DNA of 64,000 nucleotides from Ostreococcus lucimarinus (lineage: Eukaryota), in assembly GCA_000092065.1 (NCBI GenBank), contig CP000582.1. One strand, written 5' to 3'. The notes beneath the pieces were generated by a model that saw nothing but the letters and a program-made list of their open reading frames with translations, was not told the origin of the DNA and searched no databases. How positions within the stretch are numbered: the first letter of the stretch is position 1; each line of letters starts with the position of its first letter. Shown here piece after piece: positions 39,052 to 49,132 of this stretch. The position numbers and the translations under genes were made by a program.

Positions 39052-39098
39052 ATTAATGGTGTGATGCTACTGATGAACCCGCGTGAATGTCGCGGCGT

Positions 39099-40331
39099 TC
39101 ACATCGGAACGTAATGCGTGTCCTCCCTGTGCGCGCCGTTTTCGTAGTACTTCGTGTACCAGCGCACAAAGTTTTGCAAGCCCTCGTCCAGGCCGACGGT
39201 GGGATTGTATCCCAAGTCTCGCTTGGCCGCCGAAATGTCGGCGTGCGTGAACGGGACGTCGCCGGTTTTCGGCATCGGGACGTAGTTTCGCTTGGCGGTC
39301 TTACCGAGCGCCTTTTCGAGCGACGACACGAAGTCGCTCACCGTCACCGGTTTGGTGTTTCCTAGGTTGTATACCCGGAACGGCGGCTTGGAACCGTCGG
39401 AGTTTTTCCCGCTCTTCTCGCTCGTGTCACACGCCGCGATCGTCCCTCGAACGACGTCGTCGATGTAGGTGAAATCGCGAGCGAGCTCGCCCCCATCCGG
39501 GCCTTTGAAAATTTTGATCGGCTTGTCTTGCATGATGTTGTTCGCGAAGGAGAAGTACGCCATGTCCGGGCGCCCGTACGGCCCGTAAACCGTGAAAAAT
39601 CTCAACGCCGTCAACGCCACGCCGTGAATGTGGTTGTACGTGTGCGCGAGCAGTTCGTCCGCTTTCTTCGTCGCCGCGTACAAGGACGCCGGGGAATCCG
39701 TGACGTCGGTTTCGCTAAACGGCACCTTGGTATTCAACCCGTACACGCTCGACGACGAGGCGAAGATGACTTTTGGCATGCGTTTCATGTGAACGATCTC
39801 TTCCATCAGCGTCACGAACCCGGCGACGTTGGAGTGCACGTACGCCCCCGGATTTTTCACCGCGTATCTCACCCCCGCCTGCGCCGCCAGGTGCACCACC
39901 GTCGTCACCTCGCACGTCTCCAAAATCTTCCGCACCGTCACCGCATCGTTCAGATCCGCCTCCACCACGTGCACACCGATCTCGCTCAACTTCCCCATTC
40001 GACTCCGCTTCAATCCGCGCGGGTAATAATCGTTCACGTTATCCAGTCCCACGACGCCCGCGCCTCGTCGCTTCAGCGCCGTCGCCACGTTCGATCCCAC
40101 GAACCCCGCCGCGCCCGTCACCAGATACACCTCTCCCGACGCGCTCGCGCACGATTTCACGAGCGCTCGCGTCGTCATCTTCCTCGCCGTGATGCTGAAC
40201 GCGCTCAGCGGTCCCGCCTTGAGCACCTCCTCGCCGTACGACGTCCCGCGCGCGCTCGACCTCGCCCACAGCGACGCGCAGATCACGAATCCGATCAGCA
40301 CGCTGCACGAGTGTCGCCCCAGCCTGCGCAT
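39099..40331 (-). CDS. GAE: UDP-glucuronate 4-epimerase (GAE family, type-II membrane NAD-dependent epimerase)
   Basis: Track ORF 39099..41333 starts Arg/Pro-rich; ATG at codon 335 (40331) gives N-terminal signal anchor MRRLGRHSCSVLIGFVICASLWA (alternative Met at 40421). Near-colinear match to plant GAE1: VLVTGAAGFVGSNVATALKRRGAGVVGLDNVNDYY, HLAAQAGVRYA, ASSSSVYGLN, ASLYAATKKADE, RFFTVYGPYGRPDMAYFSF, DFTYIDDVV, NLGNTKPVTV, GDVPFTHA. Confidence 0.85.
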   Translation of the reverse strand: MRRLGRHSCSVLIGFVICASLWARSSARGTSYGEEVLKAGPLSAFSITARKMTTRALVKSCASASGEVYLVTGAAGFVGSNVATALKRRGAGVVGLDNVNDYYPRGLKRSRMGKLSEIGVHVVEADLNDAVTVRKILETCEVTTVVHLAAQAGVRYAVKNPGAYVHSNVAGFVTLMEEIVHMKRMPKVIFASSSSVYGLNTKVPFSETDVTDSPASLYAATKKADELLAHTYNHIHGVALTALRFFTVYGPYGRPDMAYFSFANNIMQDKPIKIFKGPDGGELARDFTYIDDVVRGTIAACDTSEKSGKNSDGSKPPFRVYNLGNTKPVTVSDFVSSLEKALGKTAKRNYVPMPKTGDVPFTHADISAAKRDLGYNPTVGLDEGLQNFVRWYTKYYENGAHREDTHYVPM

Positions 40332-40809
40332 CGTCGACGCGAAGTTCCCACCGCTCTTCTCGCGCGGTCCCTCGCCGCGCGCGCGTCCGTACGCGAACCG
40401 CGCGCCGTCGCGCGAGCCCATCGCGCGCGCGCGATCGACACGCGTCGCGCGTCGCGTTTCCCGACGCGCGCACCGACGCGTCGCGCGTCGCGAGCGTCCG
40501 GCGTCGTCGCGCGCGCGCGCTCGTCGCGCCGCGCTCGAATCGCCCCGCGCGCGGCGACGTGCGGACGCCGCGCGACGCGAAGGCGTCCCGAGCGATCGCA
40601 TCGGAACGCGCGAATCGCGACACCGCGACGCGCCGATCGCGGCGATCGCGCGATCGACGACGCGAAAGCGCGGCGCGCGCATTCTTTGACGCGCGACGAC
40701 GCGCGACGACGCGCGCGGGCGATCGAGCGCGGCGCGCGAGGACGCGTTCGATCGCGAATCGGCGCGAAGGATTCGAGCGGCGAATCTCGATCGAGCGTCG
40801 ACGCGCGCG

Positions 40810-42345
40810 ATGGCGCCCGGAACGCCGACGCTGCGGCGGCAGGGCACGGCGGAGTTCTTGGGCGCGCTGCTGCGGTCGGAATCGGCGCACGACGTGGCGC
40901 AGGAGGCGGACGTGGACGACGGGAGGGTGGGGACGCTGACGAAGACGCGCGTCGACGGCGACGACGACGCGTGGGCGAACGCGAGCGAACCTGGAAGCCC
41001 GTTCACGGGCGCGCGCGTGGGAATGCGACGACGGGGGAGCGGGCAGAGCGCGCGAGGGCTGCCGGTGGATCCGTTTCCGCTGAGCGAGGTGAGTAGGTTC
41101 GAGAGGGGGGACAGTCTGCGGGGAGGCGACGGGTTCGGCGAGGCGACGACGACGACGACGGATGGGCGCGAGACGGTGACCGAAGACGTCAAACGCGCGA
41201 CGACGGCGACGGTGACGATGGTGAAGAGCGTGCGGAAGAGCGCGAGGAACGCGGGGAAGTCTGGAACGAGGACGACGGCGGGGAAGAAGGCGTCGGGAAG
41301 CGCGAAGAGCGCGGCGCCGAACGCCGGATTCAAGTCCGCGGCGTTCGGTAAGGTGAACGCGCAACACGGGGCGAACGATGCGGGCGATCATCACGGATGG
41401 ACGTACATTCCTAAACGTGCCGATCGTCGACGCGCTATCGCGCGATTTACGACCGCGATCATTCGCGCCGCGGGGCATCAGAGTTTCATAAGTCGCGAGG
41501 GCGTGGGCTATCGCAGAGCTTTCGATAGATTTCTTTTGGAGACGTACGGGGACACGTTCGCGGAGGGTGGATACTGGTACAAGAACGCCGAAATCGAGCC
41601 GTTTTTTCGTATGATTCTCTTCATCGCCACGGAAGGGAAGATGAACATAGCGAACGACGACGTGAAGTATTTATTCACGAAGAAGGAGGAGCGACAGGCG
41701 GCGGAGTGGGTGCTCGACGAGGACGTCTTGGCCAGACTCGGACTGACGGCCAAGGATGTCGCGCTGGTGTACGAGGGTCAACCGAGAAAGACGTCCAAAG
41801 GATTCGTGCGCGGCACGCCTCTGAAGGTCCCGCCTTCGACGCACATGCCCCCGGAGCCCGCGCCGTCTTTGGAAGCCGTGGTGCGCGCCAAGACGACCAA
41901 CTCCGCCGCCATGCCACCGCCACCGCCTCGAGCGCGCACGCCCTCCATCGTGCAATCGGCGGCGATGAGCGAAACCGGCGACGCGGCGAGCTCCATGATC
42001 GGCGTTCCGATGGAGATTCAAAAACTCTTTGAGCAAATTCCGAAACCAAACATTCACCCCGGATTGAGCGCGACGAAATCGAGACAAATGTCTCGACAGT
42101 ACTCGAGCGATCTCTCTCGGCTGATGAGCGAATTCAACACCGATCCCGCGCAAGGCGATGAATTCGTGCGCCAGTATCTCCAGCGCAGCGCGAGCGAACT
42201 CGACGCCATCGCGGCGATTCAAGGCAGCGAGAGCAAGGCAAAGTCGCGCGCGGCGGCGGCGGCGAACAAGAAACCCGCGGTCAAGAAATCGACACCCACT
42301 AGCACCACAACCAGCGCGTCTCGCGCGTCTAAACGTAAGCGCTAA
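40810..42345 (+). CDS. hypothetical protein (511 aa)
   Basis: ATG at 40810. Ordinary composition, Ser/Thr/Ala-rich N-terminal third, conserved-looking middle (GWTYIPKRADRRRAIARF..., YWYKNAEIEPFFRMILFIATEGKMNIANDDVKYLF), basic C-terminal tail (SKRKR). Diverges head to head from GAE. Confidence 0.45.
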   Translation: MAPGTPTLRRQGTAEFLGALLRSESAHDVAQEADVDDGRVGTLTKTRVDGDDDAWANASEPGSPFTGARVGMRRRGSGQSARGLPVDPFPLSEVSRFERGDSLRGGDGFGEATTTTTDGRETVTEDVKRATTATVTMVKSVRKSARNAGKSGTRTTAGKKASGSAKSAAPNAGFKSAAFGKVNAQHGANDAGDHHGWTYIPKRADRRRAIARFTTAIIRAAGHQSFISREGVGYRRAFDRFLLETYGDTFAEGGYWYKNAEIEPFFRMILFIATEGKMNIANDDVKYLFTKKEERQAAEWVLDEDVLARLGLTAKDVALVYEGQPRKTSKGFVRGTPLKVPPSTHMPPEPAPSLEAVVRAKTTNSAAMPPPPPRARTPSIVQSAAMSETGDAASSMIGVPMEIQKLFEQIPKPNIHPGLSATKSRQMSRQYSSDLSRLMSEFNTDPAQGDEFVRQYLQRSASELDAIAAIQGSESKAKSRAAAAANKKPAVKKSTPTSTTTSASRASKRKR

Positions 42346-42450
42346 TTGATGACCGATGCCACACCGTTACTGTAACACCGATCGATAAACGAAGACGAAG
42401 ACTTCGCGCTCGCCCGCTCGCGTCGCGTCACTCGCCGCCTCCCCTTTCCG

Positions 42451-43443
42451 ATGTCGATCGCCCCTCGCCTCGACGCGCCCGCGCCGTGTCCTTCGCACCG
42501 TTTCGTGCGGTTCACCCACGGCGCGTCCTCGACCGCGCGCGTGGGCGTGTTGCTCGCCGAGGACAAACACTCCAAGGCATCACCCAGTTCGGGACATCAC
42601 CAAACAGTGTACGCCGCGAAATTCCGCGATAAACGCCGCGACGGCGCGCAAGCGGTCGTCTCGCGAACGATGCGCGAGTTATTGACGATGTTCTACGCCC
42701 TCGATGCGTACGAGATGACGCTGGACGCGGACGATGGATGGACGCTCGGAAACGTGACGCTGCTCGCGTGCGCGGACGACGACGCAAAGGTGTGCTGCGT
42801 GGGGAAGAATTACGTCGAGCACGTCGGTGAGGTGGACACGCAGATGCCGGGAATAAGTAAAACCGCGATACCGGAGCTGCCGATTATTTTTCCCAAGGCG
42901 TCGACGTCGTTGTGTGGGTCGGGGACGTCGGTGGAGTTGCGCGAACGCGAGGACGTCGATTACGAGGGCGAGCTGACAGCCATCATAAAGCGCGAGTGCA
43001 AGGACATCTCGGACGACGCGAGCGATGTGGATGTCATCAGCACCTACGTCGCCGGTTGGACGATCGCCAACGACGTGACGGCGAGAGTACTGCAAAAGAG
43101 TCACCAGCAGTGGTATCTGGGCAAGAGCTGTGACGGATTTTGTCCTCTGGGGCCGTGGATCGTGGCCGGGCACGACGCTCTCCCATCCGCCGCATCATTG
43201 GTCACAAAAGTTAACGGTGAGATCCGACAAAACTCCACCGTCGACAAGATGATTTTCAGCACCGCGGAACTGATCAGATGCGTGTCCAAATATCAAACCT
43301 TGCGTGCCGGCGACGCGATATTAACGGGAACGCCGAGCGGCGTCGGCGCCGGTTTCAATCCCAAGCGATTCCTGCGCCCTGGCGACGTCGTGGAGATTGA
43401 AATAGAAGGCATCGGCGCGCTCGTGAACGACTTTGTAGCGTAG
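42451..43443 (+). CDS. fumarylacetoacetate hydrolase (FAH) family protein, FAHD1/oxaloacetate-decarboxylase-like
   Basis: ATG at 42451. FAH-family blocks KVCCVGKNYVEH, VDYEGELTAIIKRE, GKSCDGFCPLGPWIV, AGDAILTGTPSGVGAG. Confidence 0.8.
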   Translation: MSIAPRLDAPAPCPSHRFVRFTHGASSTARVGVLLAEDKHSKASPSSGHHQTVYAAKFRDKRRDGAQAVVSRTMRELLTMFYALDAYEMTLDADDGWTLGNVTLLACADDDAKVCCVGKNYVEHVGEVDTQMPGISKTAIPELPIIFPKASTSLCGSGTSVELREREDVDYEGELTAIIKRECKDISDDASDVDVISTYVAGWTIANDVTARVLQKSHQQWYLGKSCDGFCPLGPWIVAGHDALPSAASLVTKVNGEIRQNSTVDKMIFSTAELIRCVSKYQTLRAGDAILTGTPSGVGAGFNPKRFLRPGDVVEIEIEGIGALVNDFVA

Positions 43444-43503
43444 CACCATAGAATTGTAAAGTCGTCGTCGAAATCCGCGCGCGACGCCGCACTCCGCGAC
43501 GCC

Positions 43504-44227
43504 ATGGCGTTCCGCCTGCCTTTGGCGCACCCCGAATCCGCCCGCGCGCGCGCGCGCGTGATCTCTAACGCCAAGGGACGCAACAGTCGCGCGCGAGGCG
43601 GCGAATACAACAAGAAGCGCGCCGGCACGGAGGACGAGAGCGAAGATGCCTTAGCCATTGAAAGATTGGAATCTACCGCGCGTTCATCGCGTTCGAGCGC
43701 GTACGACGCCAAAAAGTTGGCGAAAATGAAAGGTACGAGCGCGTTTCGTGTGTGTGCGCCACCGACTGACGAGGATGATCGTTTCGCGCGCAGCGCAAGC
43801 GGATATCCGTCAACGCGAGGAGTCGACGAAGCGCGCGGCGTTCGACACCAAGTACAAAGCGCGCCAGCGAGAGGGCTTGCCGCAAGTCGTCACGGATAGG
43901 ATGTTGAAGCGAGTCGGGATCTTTTGCGGGACGCCGTTGGTCCTCGGGTTCATGACGGGACCGGCGTTTTATTACGCCAAAGTCATCGCCAAACTCGAGG
44001 TGCCGAGCTGGGTATTCTTCGTGTCTTCCACGGCGACGTTCGGGGCGGCGGTGGTCGGGATCAGTTACGGTGTTTTGAGCGCGAGTTGGGATCCTCGAAT
44101 GGAGGGGTCGTTTTGGGGTGGGAGCGAATTCAAACAAAACGTGCCGATAGTCGTGTCCACCATCATGGGTAAAGCGCGCGGGGAGGTTCCGATCGAGTGG
44201 GACGACGAGACGGACGAGGATATTTGA
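43504..44227 (+). CDS. PAM68: PAM68-like thylakoid protein (DUF3464, PSII assembly), two exons joined across a 61-nt intron
   Basis: Track shows two ORFs in different frames (43504..43899 and 43748..44227). Exon 1 43504..43732 encodes a transit-peptide-like N-terminus (MAFRLPLAHPESARARARVISNAKGRNSRARGG...KKLAKMK). Donor AAAG|GTACGAG; intron 43733..43793; acceptor TTTCGCGCGCAG|CG. Exon 2 43794..44227 in phase continues AQADIRQREE... and carries the PAM68 core GLPQVVTDRMLKRVGIFCGTPLVLGFMTGPAFYYAKV...PSWVFFVSSTATFGAAVVGISYGVLSASWDPRMEGS (Arabidopsis PAM68: GLPKVVSNRMISRM...FYYLKV...VPTWVPF...YGIVSSSWDP). Confidence 0.6.
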
Positions 44228-44275
44228 TTTGAAATAGAAGAACTAATGGTTACATTCGTTGATCCACGTCTAGCG

Positions 44276-45520
44276 CTAGATGAACTTGCCAGCTTCAGAC
44301 GCGGCGACGACGCGCGTCGATCGGACCACAGATTCCGGTCGTTGCGCGACACCGAGTTGGCTCTCCTTTACCGACTCTGCGCTCGCGTCGGCGACGCTGG
44401 CGGTGACGTTTTCAGCACTCTCTACGACGGCTGGAGTCGCGTCGACCTTCGGCGTCGTGTCCACGATGGGCGCACGAGCGTGCGGCTCGCCCATCTTTGC
44501 CTTGCGCTCCGACGTCAACCCATCGTACCAATTCTCAGCGTTGTACGAGAAGCACTCTAAATCTCCGTTTTCACACAAACGATTGATCCACCAATCGACG
44601 TTTGTGAGCGGTGTAGCCTTCAAGTGCGCGGAGATGCCGTCCATAAATGATTTGGACACCATGTAAAAGTTCGACGGCAACGCCTCGCCGACGATCGTCG
44701 CTGTGTTCTTGTAGAGCACGTAAGGCTTTTCCCACGCCTTGTTACTAAACAATGCCTCGGGATGACGCAAATTATCTTCGTTCACCCCACGTTCGCCGCG
44801 ATCGAGGAACAAAACGTCCCACTTCTTCGGCCCGCGGAGCAAAAAGCTCAGGATGAAGGAATCAAACTCGAGCGGAGGTCCGCAGTGAGAGTTAATGTAT
44901 GCATCCGGCGTCGCGATGATGAGCGAGGACAATCCTTCCTCTTTCGCTTTTTCCCACGCCAACAGCGCGCTAAACGCCGGTCCGACATCTGCCCTAGCGT
45001 TGATTCTATCCGCGTTCAACCGCTCAAACTCGCTGTGAATGGCGTCAAACGCCTCGTACGCCGCCGAATCCTTCACCTTGAGGTTGATCGACGCCTCACG
45101 AAGCTCATCCGTGGGCCAATCTGCGAAATCGTGCATCACTCCGCGTTCAACGTCCTTGTCGCCGTCGACGTGATACAAATTCCAGTTTGATTTCGTCGTT
45201 TCAAAAGCGCGCTCTGGCGCGTCTCGCGGCAGCAGCTTGACCGTGCGAGGAAACTTCGTTTGACCGATGAGTAAATCCACCCCTTTCGCGTCCCCGAGCG
45301 CCGCCGTAGAGGATGACGACGCTCGTGCGTGCATCGCACATCCGGCGAGCGCGCTCAAACCGACGCAAGACGCGACGAGCGCGCGACGAAGGTTGAAGTC
45401 GAGGACGGTGTTGACGAACGACTTCGAGTTCGCGCGCGCGTCGCCGCCGTGAAGCAACGAGGAAGTCGGCGCGCTCGACGGAATGTCCGTGACGACGGTG
45501 GCGACAGATGTTTCTCGCAT
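44276..45520 (-). CDS. hypothetical type-II membrane protein (possible Golgi glycosyltransferase)
   Basis: Track ORF starts at GTG 45643; ATG at codon 42 (45520). Signal-anchor RRALVASCVGLSALAGCAMHA, then globular domain with acidic and aromatic motifs (WDVLFLDRGERG, VDWWINRLCENGDLECF); no confident family assignment. Confidence 0.35.
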   Translation of the reverse strand: MRETSVATVVTDIPSSAPTSSLLHGGDARANSKSFVNTVLDFNLRRALVASCVGLSALAGCAMHARASSSSTAALGDAKGVDLLIGQTKFPRTVKLLPRDAPERAFETTKSNWNLYHVDGDKDVERGVMHDFADWPTDELREASINLKVKDSAAYEAFDAIHSEFERLNADRINARADVGPAFSALLAWEKAKEEGLSSLIIATPDAYINSHCGPPLEFDSFILSFLLRGPKKWDVLFLDRGERGVNEDNLRHPEALFSNKAWEKPYVLYKNTATIVGEALPSNFYMVSKSFMDGISAHLKATPLTNVDWWINRLCENGDLECFSYNAENWYDGLTSERKAKMGEPHARAPIVDTTPKVDATPAVVESAENVTASVADASAESVKESQLGVAQRPESVVRSTRVVAASEAGKFI

Positions 45521-45693
45521 CGCGCGCGAGTGCCGGACGTCCGGCCGTGCGCGCGCGCGTGTGCCGTGATGATCACAGCCCACCGGCAGGGTGTTGGGGC
45601 GCTCGACGAGGCTCAGGAAGTCGATTCCGGGACGCTCAAACACGTCATGGGATTAGATTTCAACGATACGCTAAACTAAGAAACATCATCAAA

Positions 45694-48309
45694 TCAATTA
45701 CCGCCCACGAGGGAGTCAAAGTCCATGAGCTCACGGTTGTCCTCGTAAAACTGCTTGACGGCGTCGAGGGAGCGAGTGCGAATGGTGGAGCTAATGGCGA
45801 CAAAATCCTTGCCGTATTGGAGCAGACCGGAGACGAATTTAGTCTTCTCCATGTCGGTCCACTCCGGACCTTTGCTTGGTGTCTTGGATGCGTTTTGTTT
45901 CGCCTCTTCAGCTTCCTTGGCGGCTTTGATTTTGGCCTTCTCGGCGCGCGCTTTGGCCTTGGCGGCTTTGGCGGCGGCGGCGAGCGCGGCGCGTTCCAGA
46001 CGCGCCTCGGCGGTGGGCGCCGCGCGCTCTTCGCGCTGAGCCTCGATGGTGGCCGGATCAATCGCTCGCATGCGCTGCGCATCGGCGAACGCGCGGCGTT
46101 TCTTCATCGCGGCACGACGACGACCGCGGAAACCATCGTCCGTCTTTTGGAATTTGTAGTAGTACATGACGCAGTCGCCCGTGTCGCGTCCCTCCAAGTG
46201 CTCGGCGATGCGACGGAAATTCTTGCCGTAAGACGCAAACCTTTCGTGAAAGATTGCCTTCTCTGCCTTGGTCCAAGGCCGGATGAGGTTGATGCGATCT
46301 CGCTCCGCCACCGGGTCTTCGACGAGGCCGTTTCTGCTGTCGAATATGGCGCAGCGTCGTTCCTCGGGGTCGAGAATCATGTTCGGAATCGTCGTCATGT
46401 GACGCAACTCTTCCGTGCGCTGCAATGCCTTGATCATTTGCATCTCTTCGTACTCCGAGCGCGCGACACCGCTGAGATCGTTCGTCGAACGATTTCTGCC
46501 GCTCGCTCTCGAGCCCGGAGTGAAAGTTTTCTTGCCGCCGACAAACTCCTTGGCGAGCCTGTCGTTCGCCTCTTGAATTATCTTTACTCGCCAGATCTCG
46601 CGCTGCTTGAGGTAAGCCAGTGCGTTGGTGTAATTCTTATCGGCGACGGCGTCCTTGCGCTTTTGCAAAACCTCTGTCACCTTGCGAGCGACTTCCTGCA
46701 TGTACGGAGTCTTTGCGCCCTCGACCACGTGAGCGACGACGGCGTCGAAATCGACTCGAGCGATGTCTTCCGGCAACGGTAGCCCGTATTCGTTCTTCAC
46801 GCGAACGATGGATTTCGCCGCGAGTTCCTTGTTGTGCTCCATATCGCGCTCGATGCGATCGCGTCGCGCCTCCTGACGTTCGAGCATTTTTTGAATCGCG
46901 CTCGCGGCGAACACCGCGGCGTCTTTGTTCAAACGCTTTACGTCATCCGAACCTCGCTGTTGTGCCCGTTTCATACTCGCGTCGCGCGCGAGCACCGACG
47001 CCTCGCGCATCTTCTGCGCCGCAAAATCCTGTGCTCGCTGCGCCGAACGCTCGGCGTTGCTCAGACGCTGACGAAGCGCCTCCGTCTCCTTCTTGTGTCT
47101 AGAAATCTCATCCTTTGACCCAGCCGCCGCGCCGAGCTTCTCTTCCTCGGACGAGTTCTTCAAAGCTTGCAATTCTTTTTCCAAGCTCGCGACTTCGCCG
47201 TCGACGCGTTCCATCTGCCCCAGAAGCGCTTCCTTGGTCACCTTTAAGCGTTGCTCCGCCGCCTTGGCCTTCTTCACCGTCTCCGGATCAACGGAGGCAG
47301 CCTTCGGCGTCGCCTTCATTTCCGCCGTCGCCGGTGTCGTCTGCGCGCGCGCGGTCGCCGCCCCCCATCCACCGCGATCGCTCGTCGGCGTCGAAGCGTC
47401 TTTGAATTGCGGCGTCGCCGTCGCGGACGCCGGCGACCCCGCTTTGGCGCGCAAATCTCCAAACGATCCCATGGACTCCTCCCCTCGACCCAAGCCCGGC
47501 GCCCCTCGCACTTCACCCTCGTCCGCGACCTCCTCTCCTCGCAGCGAACTCGGCGCGTCCGTCCCTCCCGCCGTGGTCGGCGTCTTCGCCCTCGCCAACG
47601 CCTGTCCCCAACCCCCGATTTTCCGCTTCTTCGGCGTCGCATCGCTCGTCGGCGTCGGCGTCGGCGTCGCCCGCGCGCTCCCGATCCCGATCTCCCCGCT
47701 CTCCATTCCGCTCGACGCCCCCGTCCCGCTCCTCGCCGCCTCCACGCGCACCGCCGGCGGTCGCTGCTGACTCAACAGGCTCGGCCTTTCCCGCACGCTC
47801 GCCAGCAAACTCGGTCGCGCCGCCCCCATTCCCGGCGGCGGCGCCGCGTCGAACCCCGGTCGCGGCGCCGCGTTCATCCGTCCCATCGTCGGCACCGCGG
47901 GCGTCATCCCCGGCGGCGGTCCTCCCGTCGCCGTCGCCGCGCGCGCGCGATCGTCGTCTCGTCCCCTCGCGTAGTCAAACATGCTCGGTCTTCGCGGCGC
48001 CGGCGCCGCGCCGCGTCCCGGTTCCGTCCGCATCGCGCGCGCGAGATGTTCCTGCGCCGATTGATCGCGATTCGGCGTCGCGCCCGGCGCGCGCGGCGCC
48101 GCGCGACCCCAATTCCCGACCGCCGACCCGCGCGCCACCGGTCGCGTCGGCGCGCCCGCGGCGTCGCGCCGCATCCCCGGCGGCACCGCCGGCGCGGTCG
48201 ACGCGTCCGGCGCGCCTTCGCCGCTCGTCGGCCGCGCGCGCGGCGGCGAACGATCGCGCATGTCGCGCGCGCGTCGCGATTTGATGTCGATCGCCACACC
48301 TCGACGCAT
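45694..48309 (-). CDS. N-CoR/SMRT/SNT1-like co-repressor-type protein with coiled coil and two SANT/Myb domains
   Basis: Track ORF 45694..48663; the 5' 350-400 nt are antisense to the peptide deformylase gene and are rejected. Met at codon 119 (48309) chosen; alternatives at about 48261 and 48168. Central coiled coil (LKVTKEALLGQMERVDGEVASLEKELQALK...). SANT1 WTKAEKAIFHERFASYGKNFRRIAEHLEGRDTGDCVMYYY; SANT2 WTDMEKTKFVSGLLQYGKDFVAISSTIRTRSLDAVKQFY. Confidence 0.55.
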   Translation of the reverse strand: MRRGVAIDIKSRRARDMRDRSPPRARPTSGEGAPDASTAPAVPPGMRRDAAGAPTRPVARGSAVGNWGRAAPRAPGATPNRDQSAQEHLARAMRTEPGRGAAPAPRRPSMFDYARGRDDDRARAATATGGPPPGMTPAVPTMGRMNAAPRPGFDAAPPPGMGAARPSLLASVRERPSLLSQQRPPAVRVEAARSGTGASSGMESGEIGIGSARATPTPTPTSDATPKKRKIGGWGQALARAKTPTTAGGTDAPSSLRGEEVADEGEVRGAPGLGRGEESMGSFGDLRAKAGSPASATATPQFKDASTPTSDRGGWGAATARAQTTPATAEMKATPKAASVDPETVKKAKAAEQRLKVTKEALLGQMERVDGEVASLEKELQALKNSSEEEKLGAAAGSKDEISRHKKETEALRQRLSNAERSAQRAQDFAAQKMREASVLARDASMKRAQQRGSDDVKRLNKDAAVFAASAIQKMLERQEARRDRIERDMEHNKELAAKSIVRVKNEYGLPLPEDIARVDFDAVVAHVVEGAKTPYMQEVARKVTEVLQKRKDAVADKNYTNALAYLKQREIWRVKIIQEANDRLAKEFVGGKKTFTPGSRASGRNRSTNDLSGVARSEYEEMQMIKALQRTEELRHMTTIPNMILDPEERRCAIFDSRNGLVEDPVAERDRINLIRPWTKAEKAIFHERFASYGKNFRRIAEHLEGRDTGDCVMYYYKFQKTDDGFRGRRRAAMKKRRAFADAQRMRAIDPATIEAQREERAAPTAEARLERAALAAAAKAAKAKARAEKAKIKAAKEAEEAKQNASKTPSKGPEWTDMEKTKFVSGLLQYGKDFVAISSTIRTRSLDAVKQFYEDNRELMDFDSLVGGN

Positions 48310-49132
48310 GGCGACGCGCGTTCGCGCCGCGCCGACGCCGCGCGCGGCGCCGCCGCGACGCCGCGTCGCGCGACGCGCGTACGGGACGTCGACGCGCGAC
48401 GGGACCTTCGTCGAGGGGCCCGGAAACGCGTTCGGGCGATTGATCGACGCCGCGCGAGGCGCGCGCGACGTCGTCCAGGCGGGCGCGCCGGCGCTGCGAG
48501 ACGTCGCGCGCGCGGTCGACGTCGACGAGATCGACTCGACGGAGATCCAGGAGTTGATCGCGGAGATGCTGCGCGTGTGCAGAGCGCGCGGGGTGGGGCT
48601 GGCGGCGCCGCAGCTGGGGGCGCGGCGACGCGTCGTGGTGCTGGAGGACACGACGGAGGGCATGTCGGACGAGACGAGCGAGGCGCTGGCGATGAAGCGA
48701 CGCGAGGCGTTCAGAGCGAAGGTGATCGTGAATCCGACGCTGACGCCGATCGGGGACGCGAGCGCGGCGTTCTTCGAGGGATGCCTGTCGGTGGCGGGAT
48801 ATCGCGCGGTGGTGCGGCGACACCTCAGGGTGCGGTGTCGAGGGTACGGCGGCGACGGGAAGCCGGTGGATTTCGAAGCCGTGGGGTGGGAGGCGAGGAT
48901 TTTGCAGCACGAGGTCGATCACCTGGACGGGGTGCTGTACACGGATCGCATGGAATCGCGAACGCTGCGAAGGGTGGATTTGCTCGACGAGCCGCTGCCG
49001 GGGGATCACCCAGAGTTCGGCGAGGCGGTGGTGCTCGGGGAATCGACCGCGCCCGTGCGGCGGGGCCCGGGCGCGAGCGCCGCGGAGGACGTCGAGGCGC
49101 GCGTCAAGGCTCGGAAAAATCGTAAAAAGTAG
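48260..49132 (+). CDS. PDF: peptide deformylase (PDF1A-type, organellar)
   Basis: ATG at 48260 (alternative Mets at 48284 and 48308). Transit-like N-terminus. PDF motifs GVGLAAPQLG (motif 1), EGCLSVAG (motif 2), QHEVDHLDG (motif 3 with metal-binding HExxH). Confidence 0.85.
   Translation: MSRARRDLMSIATPRRMATRVRAAPTPRAAPPRRRVARRAYGTSTRDGTFVEGPGNAFGRLIDAARGARDVVQAGAPALRDVARAVDVDEIDSTEIQELIAEMLRVCRARGVGLAAPQLGARRRVVVLEDTTEGMSDETSEALAMKRREAFRAKVIVNPTLTPIGDASAAFFEGCLSVAGYRAVVRRHLRVRCRGYGGDGKPVDFEAVGWEARILQHEVDHLDGVLYTDRMESRTLRRVDLLDEPLPGDHPEFGEAVVLGESTAPVRRGPGASAAEDVEARVKARKNRKK

Noticed and set aside
43748-44227. Unspliced reading of PAM68-like ORF starting at GTG 43748 or at internal ATG about 43775
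   Set aside because: That version lacks a transit peptide, while a GT-AG intron with strong consensus joins it in phase to an upstream transit-peptide-like exon; the spliced model is preferred but not proven.
45694-48663. Full-length 989-aa reading of the N-CoR-like ORF from ATG 48663
   Set aside because: Its first about 118 codons are antisense to the strongly supported peptide deformylase core motifs region and have low-complexity composition; a later Met is more plausible.
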